64,000 bases of DNA from an uncultured SAR86 cluster bacterium (lineage in GTDB: Bacteria; Pseudomonadota; Gammaproteobacteria; Magnimaribacterales; Magnimaribacteraceae), in contig CALIUO010000007.1 in the NCBI GenBank assembly GCA_938048695.1, forward strand, positions 47,556 to 111,555. Reading direction: 5' to 3'. Below the pieces are notes generated by a model. That model had not been told where the DNA came from, made no database searches, and saw nothing but the letters and a program-made list of their open reading frames with translations. Of the stretch, positions 29,289-39,561 are shown one piece after another (positions within the stretch are counted from its first letter, which is position 1; every line of letters starts with the position of its first letter). The translations under genes and the position numbers were made by a program.

Positions 29289-30287
29289 ATGAAAGAAATA
29301 AATGTTGCTGTTACTGGCGGAGCCGGACAAATAGCTTACTCACTTCTGCCTAGACTGGTCAGCGGTGAAACATTTGGTGCTGATACTAAAGTAAATTTGA
29401 GATTAATTGAAATACCACAAGTTGTGGAGAAATTAGAAGGAACAATCATGGAATTAATTGATTGTGGCTTTGATCAAACAGGTGAGCTTACTGCTACCTC
29501 CGATATAAGAGAAGGAGTAAAAGATGCTGATTGGGTCCTTCTTGTAGGAAGTATACCTAGAGGCATTGTGATCGATGGAAAGAAAATTGAAGAGAGAAGT
29601 GATCTTTTAAAAATAAATGGAGGAATATTTACCGATCAAGGAGCTGCTATTGGTGAATTTGCAAAACCAGATGCAAAAATATTAGTAGTCGGTAACCCTG
29701 CCAATACAAATGCTCTGATTGGAATGAACTCAGCGAAAAATACAAGCCAGCAATGGTTCGCTATGACTGCTCTAGATGCCAACAGAGCTAAGGCTCAATT
29801 GGCAGAAAAAGCTGGCGTAAAGATTGCTTCACTAAAAAATATGATCATTTGGGGAAATCATAGTCCTACTATGTATCCAGACCCTTATAATGCGACTATT
29901 GATGGAGCAAGTGCGGCGGAAATTATTAATGACAATCAATGGCTAGCAGAAGAATATCTCCCATTAGTTCAACAGCGAGGAAAGGCGGTTATAGACGCAA
30001 GAGGAGCTTCATCTGCAGCATCAGCTGCTAATGCAGCCATAGATACTGTTAAAGCTGTTATACGCCCTACTCCAGAGGGAGATTGTTTTAGTGCAGCTAT
30101 TGCGAGTGATGGTAGCTATGGTGTACCGGAAGGATTGATCTTTGGATTCCCACTGAGAACATCTGAAAACGGAGAAGTAGAGATTATTCAAGGAATTGAA
30201 CTAAATGAATTTGCCCAATCAAAAATTGCAATCACAACAGAAGAGTTAGAGTCTGAAAGAGAAGCAGTGGCAGATCTTATAAATTAA
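29289..30287 (+). CDS. mdh: Malate dehydrogenase (type 2) with an extended substrate loop
   Basis: Start reassigned to ATG 29289 (SD AAGGAG); VTGGAGQIAY, VVGNPANTN, LDANRA, WGNHS, ARGASSAASAA. Confidence 0.88.
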   Translation: MKEINVAVTGGAGQIAYSLLPRLVSGETFGADTKVNLRLIEIPQVVEKLEGTIMELIDCGFDQTGELTATSDIREGVKDADWVLLVGSIPRGIVIDGKKIEERSDLLKINGGIFTDQGAAIGEFAKPDAKILVVGNPANTNALIGMNSAKNTSQQWFAMTALDANRAKAQLAEKAGVKIASLKNMIIWGNHSPTMYPDPYNATIDGASAAEIINDNQWLAEEYLPLVQQRGKAVIDARGASSAASAANAAIDTVKAVIRPTPEGDCFSAAIASDGSYGVPEGLIFGFPLRTSENGEVEIIQGIELNEFAQSKIAITTEELESEREAVADLIN

Positions 30288-31771
30288 TTTTTTGGCTTCA
30301 TTTGAGGGAACAGGAGTACATCTCTTATAGATTTTGCTCCTGTCAAAAGCATTACCAATCTGTCGATTCCTATCCCAACTCCGGCACAAGGTGGTAAACC
30401 GTACTCTAAGGCCTCAACATAATCTGAATCAAACTCCATAGCTTCTTCATCGCCTGCAGATTTTTGTGCCACTTGATCTCTAAAACGTTCTGCTTGATCT
30501 TCGGGATCATTCAACTCTGAGAAACCATTAGCTATCTCTTTTCCACCTATGAACAATTCAAATCTATCAACTTCAGAATCGTTATCATCAGAGGATCTTG
30601 ATAAAGGGGAAACATCTTTAGGATAGCCTGTTATGAATGTAGGGTTTATCAAATTATCTTCAACAAGCTCCTCAAAAAGCTCAAACAATATTTTTCCATC
30701 AGAAAGATTGGCAAGATTCTCAATCTTGTACTTTTCTCCAATCTCCATGAGAAAATCTCTATTATCCAAAACACTAATATCTACAGAAAGTTTTTGAGCT
30801 ACTGAATCTTTTAACCGTATCCTAGTAAATGGTTTTGAAAAATCGCACTCAATCCCTTCTTGCTCTAATTTAGATGTGCCAAATACTTGTTCAGTAATAT
30901 GCTTGAATAGGCCCTCAATGAAGTTCATTTGATCATTGAAATCGGCGTAAGCTGTGTAATACTCTAGCATCGTAAATTCAGGATTATGTTTTGTTGAGAG
31001 TCCTTCATTACGAAAATTTCTATTAATTTCAAAAACTTTTTCCATACCGCCTACAACCAATCTCTTTAAATACAGTTCAGGGGCAATTCTTAGATATAAG
31101 TCCATGTCCAATGCATTATGATGAGTAGTGAAAGGCTTGGCAGAAGCACCACCTAAAATAGAATGCATCATTGGAGTTTCGACTTCTAAATATTCATGAT
31201 TTATAAAGAAATCTCTAACGGAGCTTATGATTTGGCTTCTCTTTTGAAAAACCTCTAAGCTATCTTGATTGGTGATCAAATCTAAATATCTTTTTCTATA
31301 CCTTTGTTCTGTATCAACCAATCCTGAATGTTTTTCTGGCAAAGGCTTTAAGGATTTTGTAAGCATTTCTATGGAGCTGGCATTGACTGTCAATTCACCT
31401 GTTTTGGTGAGAAAAAGTGTTCCTTTGATGCCAACGATGTCTCCAAGATCCCAGGTTTTAAACTCATCATATTCTCCTTCTGGAAGATCATTAGATCGAA
31501 CATATGCCTGGATTTGCCCTTTCATGTCTTGAAGAGTTATAAAACTAGCCTTTCCCATGATCCTTTGGAGCATAATTCGTCCCGCAACAGAAACTTCTAT
31601 AGCTTTTTCTTCTAGTTCCTCCTTGGTCATTTTAAAACATAGAGTCTTGAGATCTTGAGATAATGAATCTCTTCTAAATGAATTAGGGTAGGCTTTGCCC
31701 TGCTTTCTTAGCTCTTCTAATTTTGATCTTCTTTGTTGAAGAAGTTCATTTTCTGATAGATTTTCTGTCAT
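30284..31771 (-). CDS. lysS: Lysine--tRNA ligase
   Basis: RIMGKASF, RIAPELYLKRL, RNFRNEG, HNPEFT, GIGIDRL. Confidence 0.97.
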   Translation of the reverse strand: MTENLSENELLQQRRSKLEELRKQGKAYPNSFRRDSLSQDLKTLCFKMTKEELEEKAIEVSVAGRIMLQRIMGKASFITLQDMKGQIQAYVRSNDLPEGEYDEFKTWDLGDIVGIKGTLFLTKTGELTVNASSIEMLTKSLKPLPEKHSGLVDTEQRYRKRYLDLITNQDSLEVFQKRSQIISSVRDFFINHEYLEVETPMMHSILGGASAKPFTTHHNALDMDLYLRIAPELYLKRLVVGGMEKVFEINRNFRNEGLSTKHNPEFTMLEYYTAYADFNDQMNFIEGLFKHITEQVFGTSKLEQEGIECDFSKPFTRIRLKDSVAQKLSVDISVLDNRDFLMEIGEKYKIENLANLSDGKILFELFEELVEDNLINPTFITGYPKDVSPLSRSSDDNDSEVDRFELFIGGKEIANGFSELNDPEDQAERFRDQVAQKSAGDEEAMEFDSDYVEALEYGLPPCAGVGIGIDRLVMLLTGAKSIRDVLLFPQMKPKN

Positions 31772-31785
31772 ATTTGATACTTTAA

Positions 31786-32884
31786 CTAAATATTTTCTTT
31801 TAAGCTCGCTTCAATGAAATTATCTAAAGCTCCATCAAGAACAGCTGAGCAATTTGTGGTTTCAACGCCAGTTCTTAAATCCTTTATTCTAGACGAATCA
31901 AGCACATATGATCTAATCTGACTTCCCCACCCAATATCTGCTTTTGATTCTTCAAGCGATTGTTTTTCAGCATTAAGTTTATTCATCTCAATTTCATAAA
32001 GTTTAGCCCTAAGTTGAGCCATCGCTTTATCTTTGTTCTGATGTTGTGATCTTTGAGATTGACATTGCGATACTACACCAGAGGGTTCATGAGTAATTCT
32101 AATTGCAGAGTCTGTCTTATTGACATGTTGGCCACCAGCGCCACTTGCTCTGTATGTATCTATTCTTAAATCAGCAGGATTGATTTCTATTTCGACCGTA
32201 TCATCAACCTCAGGAGAAATAAAAATTGAAGCAAAAGAGGTATGTCTTCTGCTGCCAGAATCGAAAGGAGATTTTCTTACCAACCTGTGAACGCCTGTTT
32301 CTGTTCTTAGCCATCCATATGCATAATCACCATTAAATTTGATTGCTGCACTCTTTATTCCTGCAACTTCTCCATGAGAAACTTCAATTACTTCTGTATC
32401 AAAGCCCTTTGATTCTCCCCATTTTAAGTACATTCTCATGAGCATTTCTGCCCAATCTTGAGCTTCGGTGCCACCAGAACCTGACTGAATATCTAAATAA
32501 GCATTGTTTGGATCCATTTTGTTTGAAAACATTCTCACAAATTCAAGATCTCTTAGTAATGACTCATTCTTGATAATTTCTTTAGCAATTTCCTCCAAGG
32601 CAGAATTATCTTCTTCTTCGATGGCAATTTCAGCTAGTTCAATAGAATCCTTAATAGAAGATTCTAGTTCATTAAACTTTGTAAGCTCTTTTTCTATGTG
32701 TACTTTTTCTTTATTAATTTCTTGGGCCTTTTTTGGATCATCCCAAATTGCCGAATCGCTTAATTGCTCGATTATCTTTTCAAGTTTGATTTGCTTGTTA
32801 TCGACGTCAAAGATACCCCCTTAGATCATCAATTCTTTTAGAGTGATCTTTTAGATCTTCGTTTAGAGAAGTAATTTCAATCAT
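31786..32884 (-). CDS. prfB: Peptide chain release factor 2 with programmed +1 frameshift: join(32810..32884, 31786..32808)
   Basis: ATG 32884 [10 protein letters not shown]...RGYL, then AGGGGG-TAT-CTT-TGA-C; downstream frame has SPF and GGQ motifs. Confidence 0.96.
32806..32821 (-). promoter_or_regulatory. RF2 autoregulatory frameshift site
   Basis: Internal SD AGGGGG, then TAT and CTT TGA C. Confidence 0.95.
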
Positions 32885-32887
32885 TGA

Positions 32888-34279
32888 TTATAAGGCCTTA
32901 GAAAGGATAAATTGTTTAATCTCAAGATAATCATCCGGTAGGACAGTAAAAACTTCCTCTTGCTCAAAAGCTTTTTCTACTTTTTTAGGTATTGATGAAG
33001 TATATGAAGGTAAGGCCTGTTCGATAGCTTCTGTGAATTTTGCTGGGTGCGCTGTTCCCATAGTTATGACTGGCTCATCCATGTTCGCAACCCCATTACT
33101 AGCTCTAACTCCTGTAGCCGTGTGAGGATCCAATAAATAATTATGTTTATCAAAAGTTTCTTTAATCTCCCGTAAGATTTCTTCATCGTCACTTCTGAAG
33201 CTCTCAAAAAAACTGGCAACTAATCCTCTTTTTTCCTGAGGGATATCTATGCTCTTCTTAGGGAAAGAACGCATATTTTGAGCTAGTAAAGAAGAATTAT
33301 CATCATATAGATTGTATAAAAGTCGTTCAAAATTACTGGCAACTGAAATATCCATACTAGGTGCCAATGTCTGGACTACTCCAGTTTTAGAATAATTATT
33401 AGTAGAGAAGGTTTGATGTAATACATCATTCTTATTAGTTGCAATTAACAATTTTTTTATTGGCAATCCCATTTGTTTAGCCGTCCAACCTGCGTAAGCA
33501 TGACCAAAGTTACCTGAGGGAATTGAAAACATTAATTCTTCTTTTAACTCAACCATCTGTAAATAAGACCAGAAAAAATATACTGATTGAGTCATACATC
33601 TTGCCCAATTTATAGAATTTGCTGCTATAAACCTTACTTTTTCATTCTTAAAGGTCTCATCGAGGAACATTTTTTTAACCATGTCCTGACAACCATCAAA
33701 ATCACTTTCTATAGCCATTGGGTAAACATTATTAGACTGTGTGGTTGTCATCTGTTTTCTTTGAAAATCTGTGACCTTTCCGTGAGGGTATAAAATGTAA
33801 ACCTCTACATTTTCGTGTCTTGAGCAGGCCGAAATTGCTGCCGCTCCTGTGTCTCCAGATGTTGCTCCAAGAACAACTATTTTTTGTCCTCTTTCTTTAG
33901 CAAAGTGATTAAGTAAAACTCCTAGGAGTTGCATGGCTACATCTTTAAAAGCTAGTGTGGGTCCATGGAAAAGTTCTAATACCCAACGATTGTCTTGGAG
34001 TTTTTTTAGCTTAACCACATCTTCATCATCAAAAGAACTATAGGCATCTTGCAATAGGCCTAAAAAAACTTTTTCATCTATCTCTTCTTTTACAAAAGGA
34101 TATAAAATTTTACATGCCAGTTGATGGAAGGACAGGTCAGACCAACTTTGTATTTCTTTAATTGAGAATTGAGGAAATGCTTCGGGCATATACAAACCAC
34201 CATCGGGAGCTAATCCGCCCAATAATACCTCAGAAAAAGTTACATCAGGACTTTCTCCTCTAGTGCTTTTATAACGCAT
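32888..34279 (-). CDS. thrC: Threonine synthase
   Basis: Start reassigned to MRYKSTRG (34279); GLAPDGGLY, FHGPTLAFKD, ATSGDTG, PSGNFG. Confidence 0.95.
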   Translation of the reverse strand: MRYKSTRGESPDVTFSEVLLGGLAPDGGLYMPEAFPQFSIKEIQSWSDLSFHQLACKILYPFVKEEIDEKVFLGLLQDAYSSFDDEDVVKLKKLQDNRWVLELFHGPTLAFKDVAMQLLGVLLNHFAKERGQKIVVLGATSGDTGAAAISACSRHENVEVYILYPHGKVTDFQRKQMTTTQSNNVYPMAIESDFDGCQDMVKKMFLDETFKNEKVRFIAANSINWARCMTQSVYFFWSYLQMVELKEELMFSIPSGNFGHAYAGWTAKQMGLPIKKLLIATNKNDVLHQTFSTNNYSKTGVVQTLAPSMDISVASNFERLLYNLYDDNSSLLAQNMRSFPKKSIDIPQEKRGLVASFFESFRSDDEEILREIKETFDKHNYLLDPHTATGVRASNGVANMDEPVITMGTAHPAKFTEAIEQALPSYTSSIPKKVEKAFEQEEVFTVLPDDYLEIKQFILSKAL

Positions 34280-35549
34280 TATGAATTCGAAATTGTTTGA
34301 TAGATTGAGTTGTCTCCTCAATAGATTCTAAATCCTTACTTACCTCAAATGCCTTTTCGTCTGTAAGAGGACCAGAAATTATTACCACTGGGACGTGTGT
34401 GAGATCTGTTTGGTTTGCTTTTGGTTCGTTCTGAATCAAAGCTTCAATACTAATATTTCTATCAGCAAATAATGAAGAAACTTTTGCTATTGCACCAGCT
34501 TCATTTTTGATATTCAAATTAAAATATCTAGAAAATCCTTGTTGGCTCTCTTCAGATAAGCAATTTTTACTTTCATTTTTATCGAATACTGGCCATCCTC
34601 CATTAGATAGATCAACAATGTCAGCTATAACTGCAGAAGCAGTTGGTTTAGGTCCTGCTCCAGGTCCATAATAAACAGTAGATCCAAGGCCTTCACAATA
34701 AATCTCTAATGCATTCATTTGCATTCCAACTTGAGAAAGTAATTGATCATTCGATACTAAAGTTGGATAAGCACTAACGCAAACTTCATTCTCTTCAATA
34801 GATCCATAAGCAATATGCTTTATGGAATAACCCAAATCACTTGCATACGCTATATCTTCAGGGGAAACTGAATCTATACCCCCATAGGAAACAAGCTCAA
34901 AGTTATGAGGTGTATTAAAGGCTAAAGCAGAAAGTATAGATGCTTTTTGTGCAGCGTCAGTACCATCAACATCCATAGTGGGATCAGCTTCCGCTAAACC
35001 TAAATCTTGAGCTTCTTTGAGAGCACTTTCAAAAGATGATTGATCTTCAGACATTTTAGAAAGAATAAAGTTTGTTGTTCCATTCAATATTCCAGCAAAC
35101 CAATTGACTTTGTTTGCGACCAACCCTTCTCTTAAGGCTTTTATTACAGGTGTACCTCCTGCAACTGAGGCCTCAAAACCTATTTGAACATTGTGCTCTT
35201 TGGCAAGTTCAAATAATTCATCTCCATGAGTGGCAATTAATGCTTTATTGGCTGTGACGATGTGTTTTCCATTTCTAATAGCTTTTTCTACTATATCTTT
35301 AGCCAAATCACATCCACCTATCAACTCAATTAAAACTTCAACTTCGGGATTATTGGCCACATCCATTAAGTCTGTTGTTACATTCAAATCAAATGGCACA
35401 GCTGATTTACCTTTACGCGCACCTACCTGAATAATGTTGATCTTTACGCCCCCATTATTCTCGATAATTTCAGGTGAGTTAGTTAGAGTTTCTAGAACTG
35501 CTCCACCAACATTTCCAACGCCACATACGCCAACATTAATAGATTTCAT
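34269..35549 (-). CDS. hom: Homoserine dehydrogenase with ACT domain
   Basis: GVGNVG, VTANKA, EASVAGG, ILNGTTN, AEADP, GPGAG. Confidence 0.95.
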   Translation of the reverse strand: MKSINVGVCGVGNVGGAVLETLTNSPEIIENNGGVKINIIQVGARKGKSAVPFDLNVTTDLMDVANNPEVEVLIELIGGCDLAKDIVEKAIRNGKHIVTANKALIATHGDELFELAKEHNVQIGFEASVAGGTPVIKALREGLVANKVNWFAGILNGTTNFILSKMSEDQSSFESALKEAQDLGLAEADPTMDVDGTDAAQKASILSALAFNTPHNFELVSYGGIDSVSPEDIAYASDLGYSIKHIAYGSIEENEVCVSAYPTLVSNDQLLSQVGMQMNALEIYCEGLGSTVYYGPGAGPKPTASAVIADIVDLSNGGWPVFDKNESKNCLSEESQQGFSRYFNLNIKNEAGAIAKVSSLFADRNISIEALIQNEPKANQTDLTHVPVVIISGPLTDEKAFEVSKDLESIEETTQSIKQFRIHNAL

Positions 35550-36748
35550 TATTTGATAGCTTGAATATTTGTTGAGTTAGACAAGAATTTTTTGATATTT
35601 CTTAAAGCTTGCCTTGATCTATGCTCGTTCTCTATTAACGAGAATCTAACATACCCTTCTCCGTAACTACCAAACCCAATACCGGGAGATACGGCTACTT
35701 TTGCTTCAGAAAGCAGCTGCTTACTGAATTCTAGAGAACCAAGGTGCATATGTGAGGCTGGTATTTTGGCCCAAACAAACATTGTTGCTTTAGGACTCTC
35801 CACTCGCCATCCAGCATCATTGAGACCTTTTACGAGGACATCCCTTCTAGATTGATACATTTTCCTTATGTAATCAACATGATGGTCTCCATGGTCAAGG
35901 GCTTTGATTGCAGCAACTTGAATCGGAGTGAAGAGACCGTAGTCAAAATAAGATTTTATTCTAGATAAGGCTGCTAATAATTCTTTATTTCCACAGCAGA
36001 AACCAACTCTCCAACCAGGCATGTTGTAGCTTTTTGATAGAGTATAAAACTCAACTGCCACATCTTTTGCACCCTTAACCTGAAGAATTGATGGAGCTTG
36101 ATAACCATCAAAACATATATCTGCATAAGCCAAATCCTGAATGACCCAAATTTCATGTTCCTTAGCAAAAGCGACTATTTTTTCGAAAAATTCTATCTCT
36201 ACACATTCTGTAGATGGATTGCCGGGAAAGTTTAAGACGAGCATCTTAGGTTTTGGAAAAGAATTTTTCATCGCAGACTCTAACTCAGAAAAGAAATCTA
36301 TATCTTCCCCTATTGGGACATGCCTAATATCAGCTCCAGCTATTACAAATCCGTAAGGATGTATTGGGTAGGATGGATTAGGAACTAAAACTGCATCTCC
36401 CTTGTCTAATGTTGCAAGCGCCAAATGACCAAGACCTTCTTTAGATCCCATTGTGACCACTGCTTCAGTTTCAGGGTCCAGTTCAACTTGATATTTTCTT
36501 TGATACCAGTCGCAAATAGATTTTCTTAGTCTAGGTATACCTTTTGATTGAGAGTATCTATGCGTACTTCCATCTAACACTGCCTCTCTTAACTTGTCTA
36601 CAATCTCATCTGGGGTTGGTTGATCAGGATTTCCCATTCCAAAATCTATAATATCCTCGCCTCTCTTTCTTGCAGAAGCTTTTAAACTTTGAATCTCATC
36701 AAATACATATGGTGGTAATAGATTGATCCTTGGGAAATTATTATCCAT
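35549..36748 (-). CDS. alaC: Alanine transaminase AlaC
   Basis: LPPYVF, DFGMGNPD, DLAYAD, SKSYNMPGWRVG. Confidence 0.88.
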   Translation of the reverse strand: MDNNFPRINLLPPYVFDEIQSLKASARKRGEDIIDFGMGNPDQPTPDEIVDKLREAVLDGSTHRYSQSKGIPRLRKSICDWYQRKYQVELDPETEAVVTMGSKEGLGHLALATLDKGDAVLVPNPSYPIHPYGFVIAGADIRHVPIGEDIDFFSELESAMKNSFPKPKMLVLNFPGNPSTECVEIEFFEKIVAFAKEHEIWVIQDLAYADICFDGYQAPSILQVKGAKDVAVEFYTLSKSYNMPGWRVGFCCGNKELLAALSRIKSYFDYGLFTPIQVAAIKALDHGDHHVDYIRKMYQSRRDVLVKGLNDAGWRVESPKATMFVWAKIPASHMHLGSLEFSKQLLSEAKVAVSPGIGFGSYGEGYVRFSLIENEHRSRQALRNIKKFLSNSTNIQAIK

Positions 36749-36757
36749 GCCTTGATT

Positions 36758-37507
36758 CTAGCTCTTAGTTGTAAGAATATTAAGTAAATCTTGAGGTGGT
36801 AAGTAACCAGGTATCATCTTTCCTTCGTCCGTTATTATGGAAGGAGTTCCCTGCACTCCGATAGCATTGCCTAACTTAAAATGTTTCTCAACAGGATTAT
36901 CTGCGCAGAGATTTGTTTCAATTTCTTTACCTTGCTTAAGCTTTGTTAATGAGTAATTTGAATCCTCACTGCACCAAGCAGAGGTAATTTTTTTAAATGA
37001 TTCTGATCCTATTCCTGCTCTGGGATAAGCCAAATAATTAACTTTAATTCCTAATTCAAGGTAAGAATCTATCTGATTATGAAACTGCCTGCAGTACCCG
37101 CAATCAACATCCGTGAAGACAAAAATATTATGAATATAATCTTCAGGTTCAAATGTTATTAACTCTTTCGTATCTAAATTATTAATTAGTGTTTTTCTTT
37201 GATAATCTCTTCTTGCTTCTGATTTATTAACTAAGCCATCCTTTGTTATTAAATATATATCACCTGAAACCAAGTAATTGCCATCTGAAGAAACATAAAG
37301 AGGTTCAATTCCCTCAAAATTTACTTCAAAAAAACCTGTCATATCAGTTTCTTGAACGGATAAAAGCTCAATCTCTTCTGGCAGGATTTCATTTAGCTTA
37401 TTTTTTACCGCCTGAATCTCACTCAAATCCTCAGAAGTTTCAGCACTGCAGCCTACTGATAGCATGAGAATTATAAAAAAAGTATGAAATTTTGATTTGT
37501 TTTGCAT
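36758..37507 (-). CDS. dsbC: Thiol:disulfide isomerase DsbC
   Basis: FTDVDCGYC, YPRAG, GVQGTP; follows xerD; likely start MQNKSK at 37507. Confidence 0.92.
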   Translation of the reverse strand: MQNKSKFHTFFIILMLSVGCSAETSEDLSEIQAVKNKLNEILPEEIELLSVQETDMTGFFEVNFEGIEPLYVSSDGNYLVSGDIYLITKDGLVNKSEARRDYQRKTLINNLDTKELITFEPEDYIHNIFVFTDVDCGYCRQFHNQIDSYLELGIKVNYLAYPRAGIGSESFKKITSAWCSEDSNYSLTKLKQGKEIETNLCADNPVEKHFKLGNAIGVQGTPSIITDEGKMIPGYLPPQDLLNILTTKS

Positions 37508-37508
37508 A

Positions 37509-38411
37509 TTAACCCCTCGGGTGGTGCTCATTATGTAATTCTTTCATTCTATGTCTAGCTACTTCTGTATATATTTGAGTAGTAGATAAACTAGAGTGCC
37601 CTAAAAGCAATTGAACAGTCCTCAGATCTGCTCCATGATTTATTAAGTGCGTTGCAAAAGCATGCCTTAAAGTATGAGGAGATAGTTCTTTATTTATTGA
37701 TGCCTTAAGTGCATATTCTTTAATTCTGTACCAAAACGTTTGTCTCGTCATGGACTTACCTCTTTTGCTGAGAAATAGTTCCGTAACCTTATTGTTATTT
37801 TTTAATAAATTAGGGCGACTCAAATTAATATATTTCTGAATCCAGTCTAACGCTTCTTCTCCCATCGGCACTAACCTTTCTTTTTCACCTTTTCCTATGA
37901 CCCTTATAACTCCCTGACGTAAATTAATATTCAGAATGTCTAAGCTGATCAACTCTGTTACTCGAAGACCACAAGCATATATTAACTCCAGCATAGCTCT
38001 ATCTCTTAGACCGATATCATCTTCTACGTCTGGAGCTTGAATAAGCTTTTCTACGTCTTCTTCAGAAAGAGTTTTAGGCAATGAATGACCCAATTTAGGG
38101 CTATCTACCCTGGAGGTTGGATTTTGCTTTAAATTATATTTAATTGTTAAGTGAGAATAAAAAGCCCTTAGACTTGAAAGTGACCTTGCTGTAGATCTGC
38201 TGCTATAGCCTTGCTTCAATCTCTGGGCAAGATAATCAAGGAGGTCAATTCTATCAACATCAAGAAGAGAACTGCCTTTATACCAAACAGAGAAAGAACT
38301 AATATCATGCCTGTACGCCGATAAAGTATTTTTACTTAATCCTTTTTCGAGCCAAAGCTCATCAATAAAGCTATCAATGAGGTTATCTGAATTAGTAATG
38401 TCTGAGCTCAT
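37509..38411 (-). CDS. xerD: Tyrosine recombinase XerD
   Basis: RDRAMLEL.YACGLRVTEL, GKGEKERLVP, HTLRHAFATH, LLGHSSLSTTQIYT; xerD-dsbC synteny. Confidence 0.95.
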   Translation of the reverse strand: MSSDITNSDNLIDSFIDELWLEKGLSKNTLSAYRHDISSFSVWYKGSSLLDVDRIDLLDYLAQRLKQGYSSRSTARSLSSLRAFYSHLTIKYNLKQNPTSRVDSPKLGHSLPKTLSEEDVEKLIQAPDVEDDIGLRDRAMLELIYACGLRVTELISLDILNINLRQGVIRVIGKGEKERLVPMGEEALDWIQKYINLSRPNLLKNNNKVTELFLSKRGKSMTRQTFWYRIKEYALKASINKELSPHTLRHAFATHLINHGADLRTVQLLLGHSSLSTTQIYTEVARHRMKELHNEHHPRG

Positions 38412-38432
38412 AAACTCATGAGCAGGAAAAAT

Positions 38433-38786
38433 TTAGCTTAGTTTTTCTTTGATTCTTGCTGATCTGCCTGTTCTCTCTCTAAGATAAAAAAGCTTAGCCT
38501 GCCTCACATCTCCACGTCTTTTTACTTTTATAGAGCTTATAATGGGACTGTGAGTTTGGAAAGTTCTTTCTACACCTACTCCGTTGGATATTTTTCGAAC
38601 TATAAAGGCAGATCCTAATCCTCTTTTCTTAATTGAAAGCACAACACCTTCAAAAGGTTGAAGCCTTTCTCGTGTACCTTCTACCACCCTTACATCAACA
38701 ACAATGGTATCTCCAGGAGAGAAATCTGGAATATCATCTCTTAACTGAGAAGACTCTACGGTTTGTATGTATTTATTCTTATTCAC
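38433..38786 (-). CDS. rplS: 50S ribosomal protein L19
   Basis: [37 protein letters not shown]. Confidence 0.97.
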   Translation of the reverse strand: MNKNKYIQTVESSQLRDDIPDFSPGDTIVVDVRVVEGTRERLQPFEGVVLSIKKRGLGSAFIVRKISNGVGVERTFQTHSPIISSIKVKRRGDVRQAKLFYLRERTGRSARIKEKLS

Positions 38787-38835
38787 GTTGATATAGCCTT
38801 GTTTAGGATGCGCATTCTATCAGATAAAAGATCGA

Positions 38836-39558
38836 TTATTCATCTTTAATTTCATTTAATAATTCCTTTTCTAAATCCGAAAGTTTCTTCTTTTCAAGAA
38901 GTTCAGGTCTATTTTGTAAAGTTAATTTTAATGATTCCTTCAATTTCCATCTACTAATCATTTCATGATTGCCGCTCAGTAAAATCTCAGGAACATTGCC
39001 GTAAGAACTCTTTTCTGGACGTGTGTATTGGGGATACTCCAAAAGGCCATTGGAGAAAGAGTCTTGTAAAGAAATTTCATTTCCTATGAAGCCCTTCAAT
39101 TGTCTTGCAATGGTCTCTATTACCACCAAAGCTGGGAGCTCTCCTCCATTAAGAACAAAATCTCCGATAGAAATCACTTCGGCTACTGAACTTTCTTCAA
39201 CTCTTTTATCTATCCCCTCATATCTTCCACAAATGATAGTCAAGTCTTCTTTGGTCTTAAGTTCATGAGCCTTATTCTGATCAAAAACGTTTCCATGTGG
39301 TGCCATAAAGATTACGTGTGTATTGCTTTGAAGTTTAATTTGTTCAATAGTTTTAATTAAAGGTTCAGCTTGTAAGAGCATGCCCTGCCCACCACCAAAA
39401 GGCTTATCATCAATTCTTCCAGTAGGATTTTCGCTGAAGTCTCTTGGATTCCATGTTTGAACTTCTATTATATTTTTAGTTAATGCTTTAGAGATTAGCC
39501 CGTGATTAATGAAGTCATTAATTAATTCAGGAAAAATAGTAATTACGTTAAATTTCAT
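38836..39558 (-). CDS. trmD: tRNA (guanine37-N1)-methyltransferase
   Basis: DDKPFGGG.GM, CGRYEGID, SIGDFVLNGGE, YTRP, LLSGNH. Confidence 0.96.
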   Translation of the reverse strand: MKFNVITIFPELINDFINHGLISKALTKNIIEVQTWNPRDFSENPTGRIDDKPFGGGQGMLLQAEPLIKTIEQIKLQSNTHVIFMAPHGNVFDQNKAHELKTKEDLTIICGRYEGIDKRVEESSVAEVISIGDFVLNGGELPALVVIETIARQLKGFIGNEISLQDSFSNGLLEYPQYTRPEKSSYGNVPEILLSGNHEMISRWKLKESLKLTLQNRPELLEKKKLSDLEKELLNEIKDE

Positions 39559-39561
39559 TTG

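Noticed and set aside
31786-32884. prfB pseudogene (in-frame stop)
   Set aside because: Canonical programmed frameshift.
37509-38411. Integrase of a mobile element
   Set aside because: Sequence and xerD-dsbC synteny identify housekeeping XerD; no att sites or cargo.
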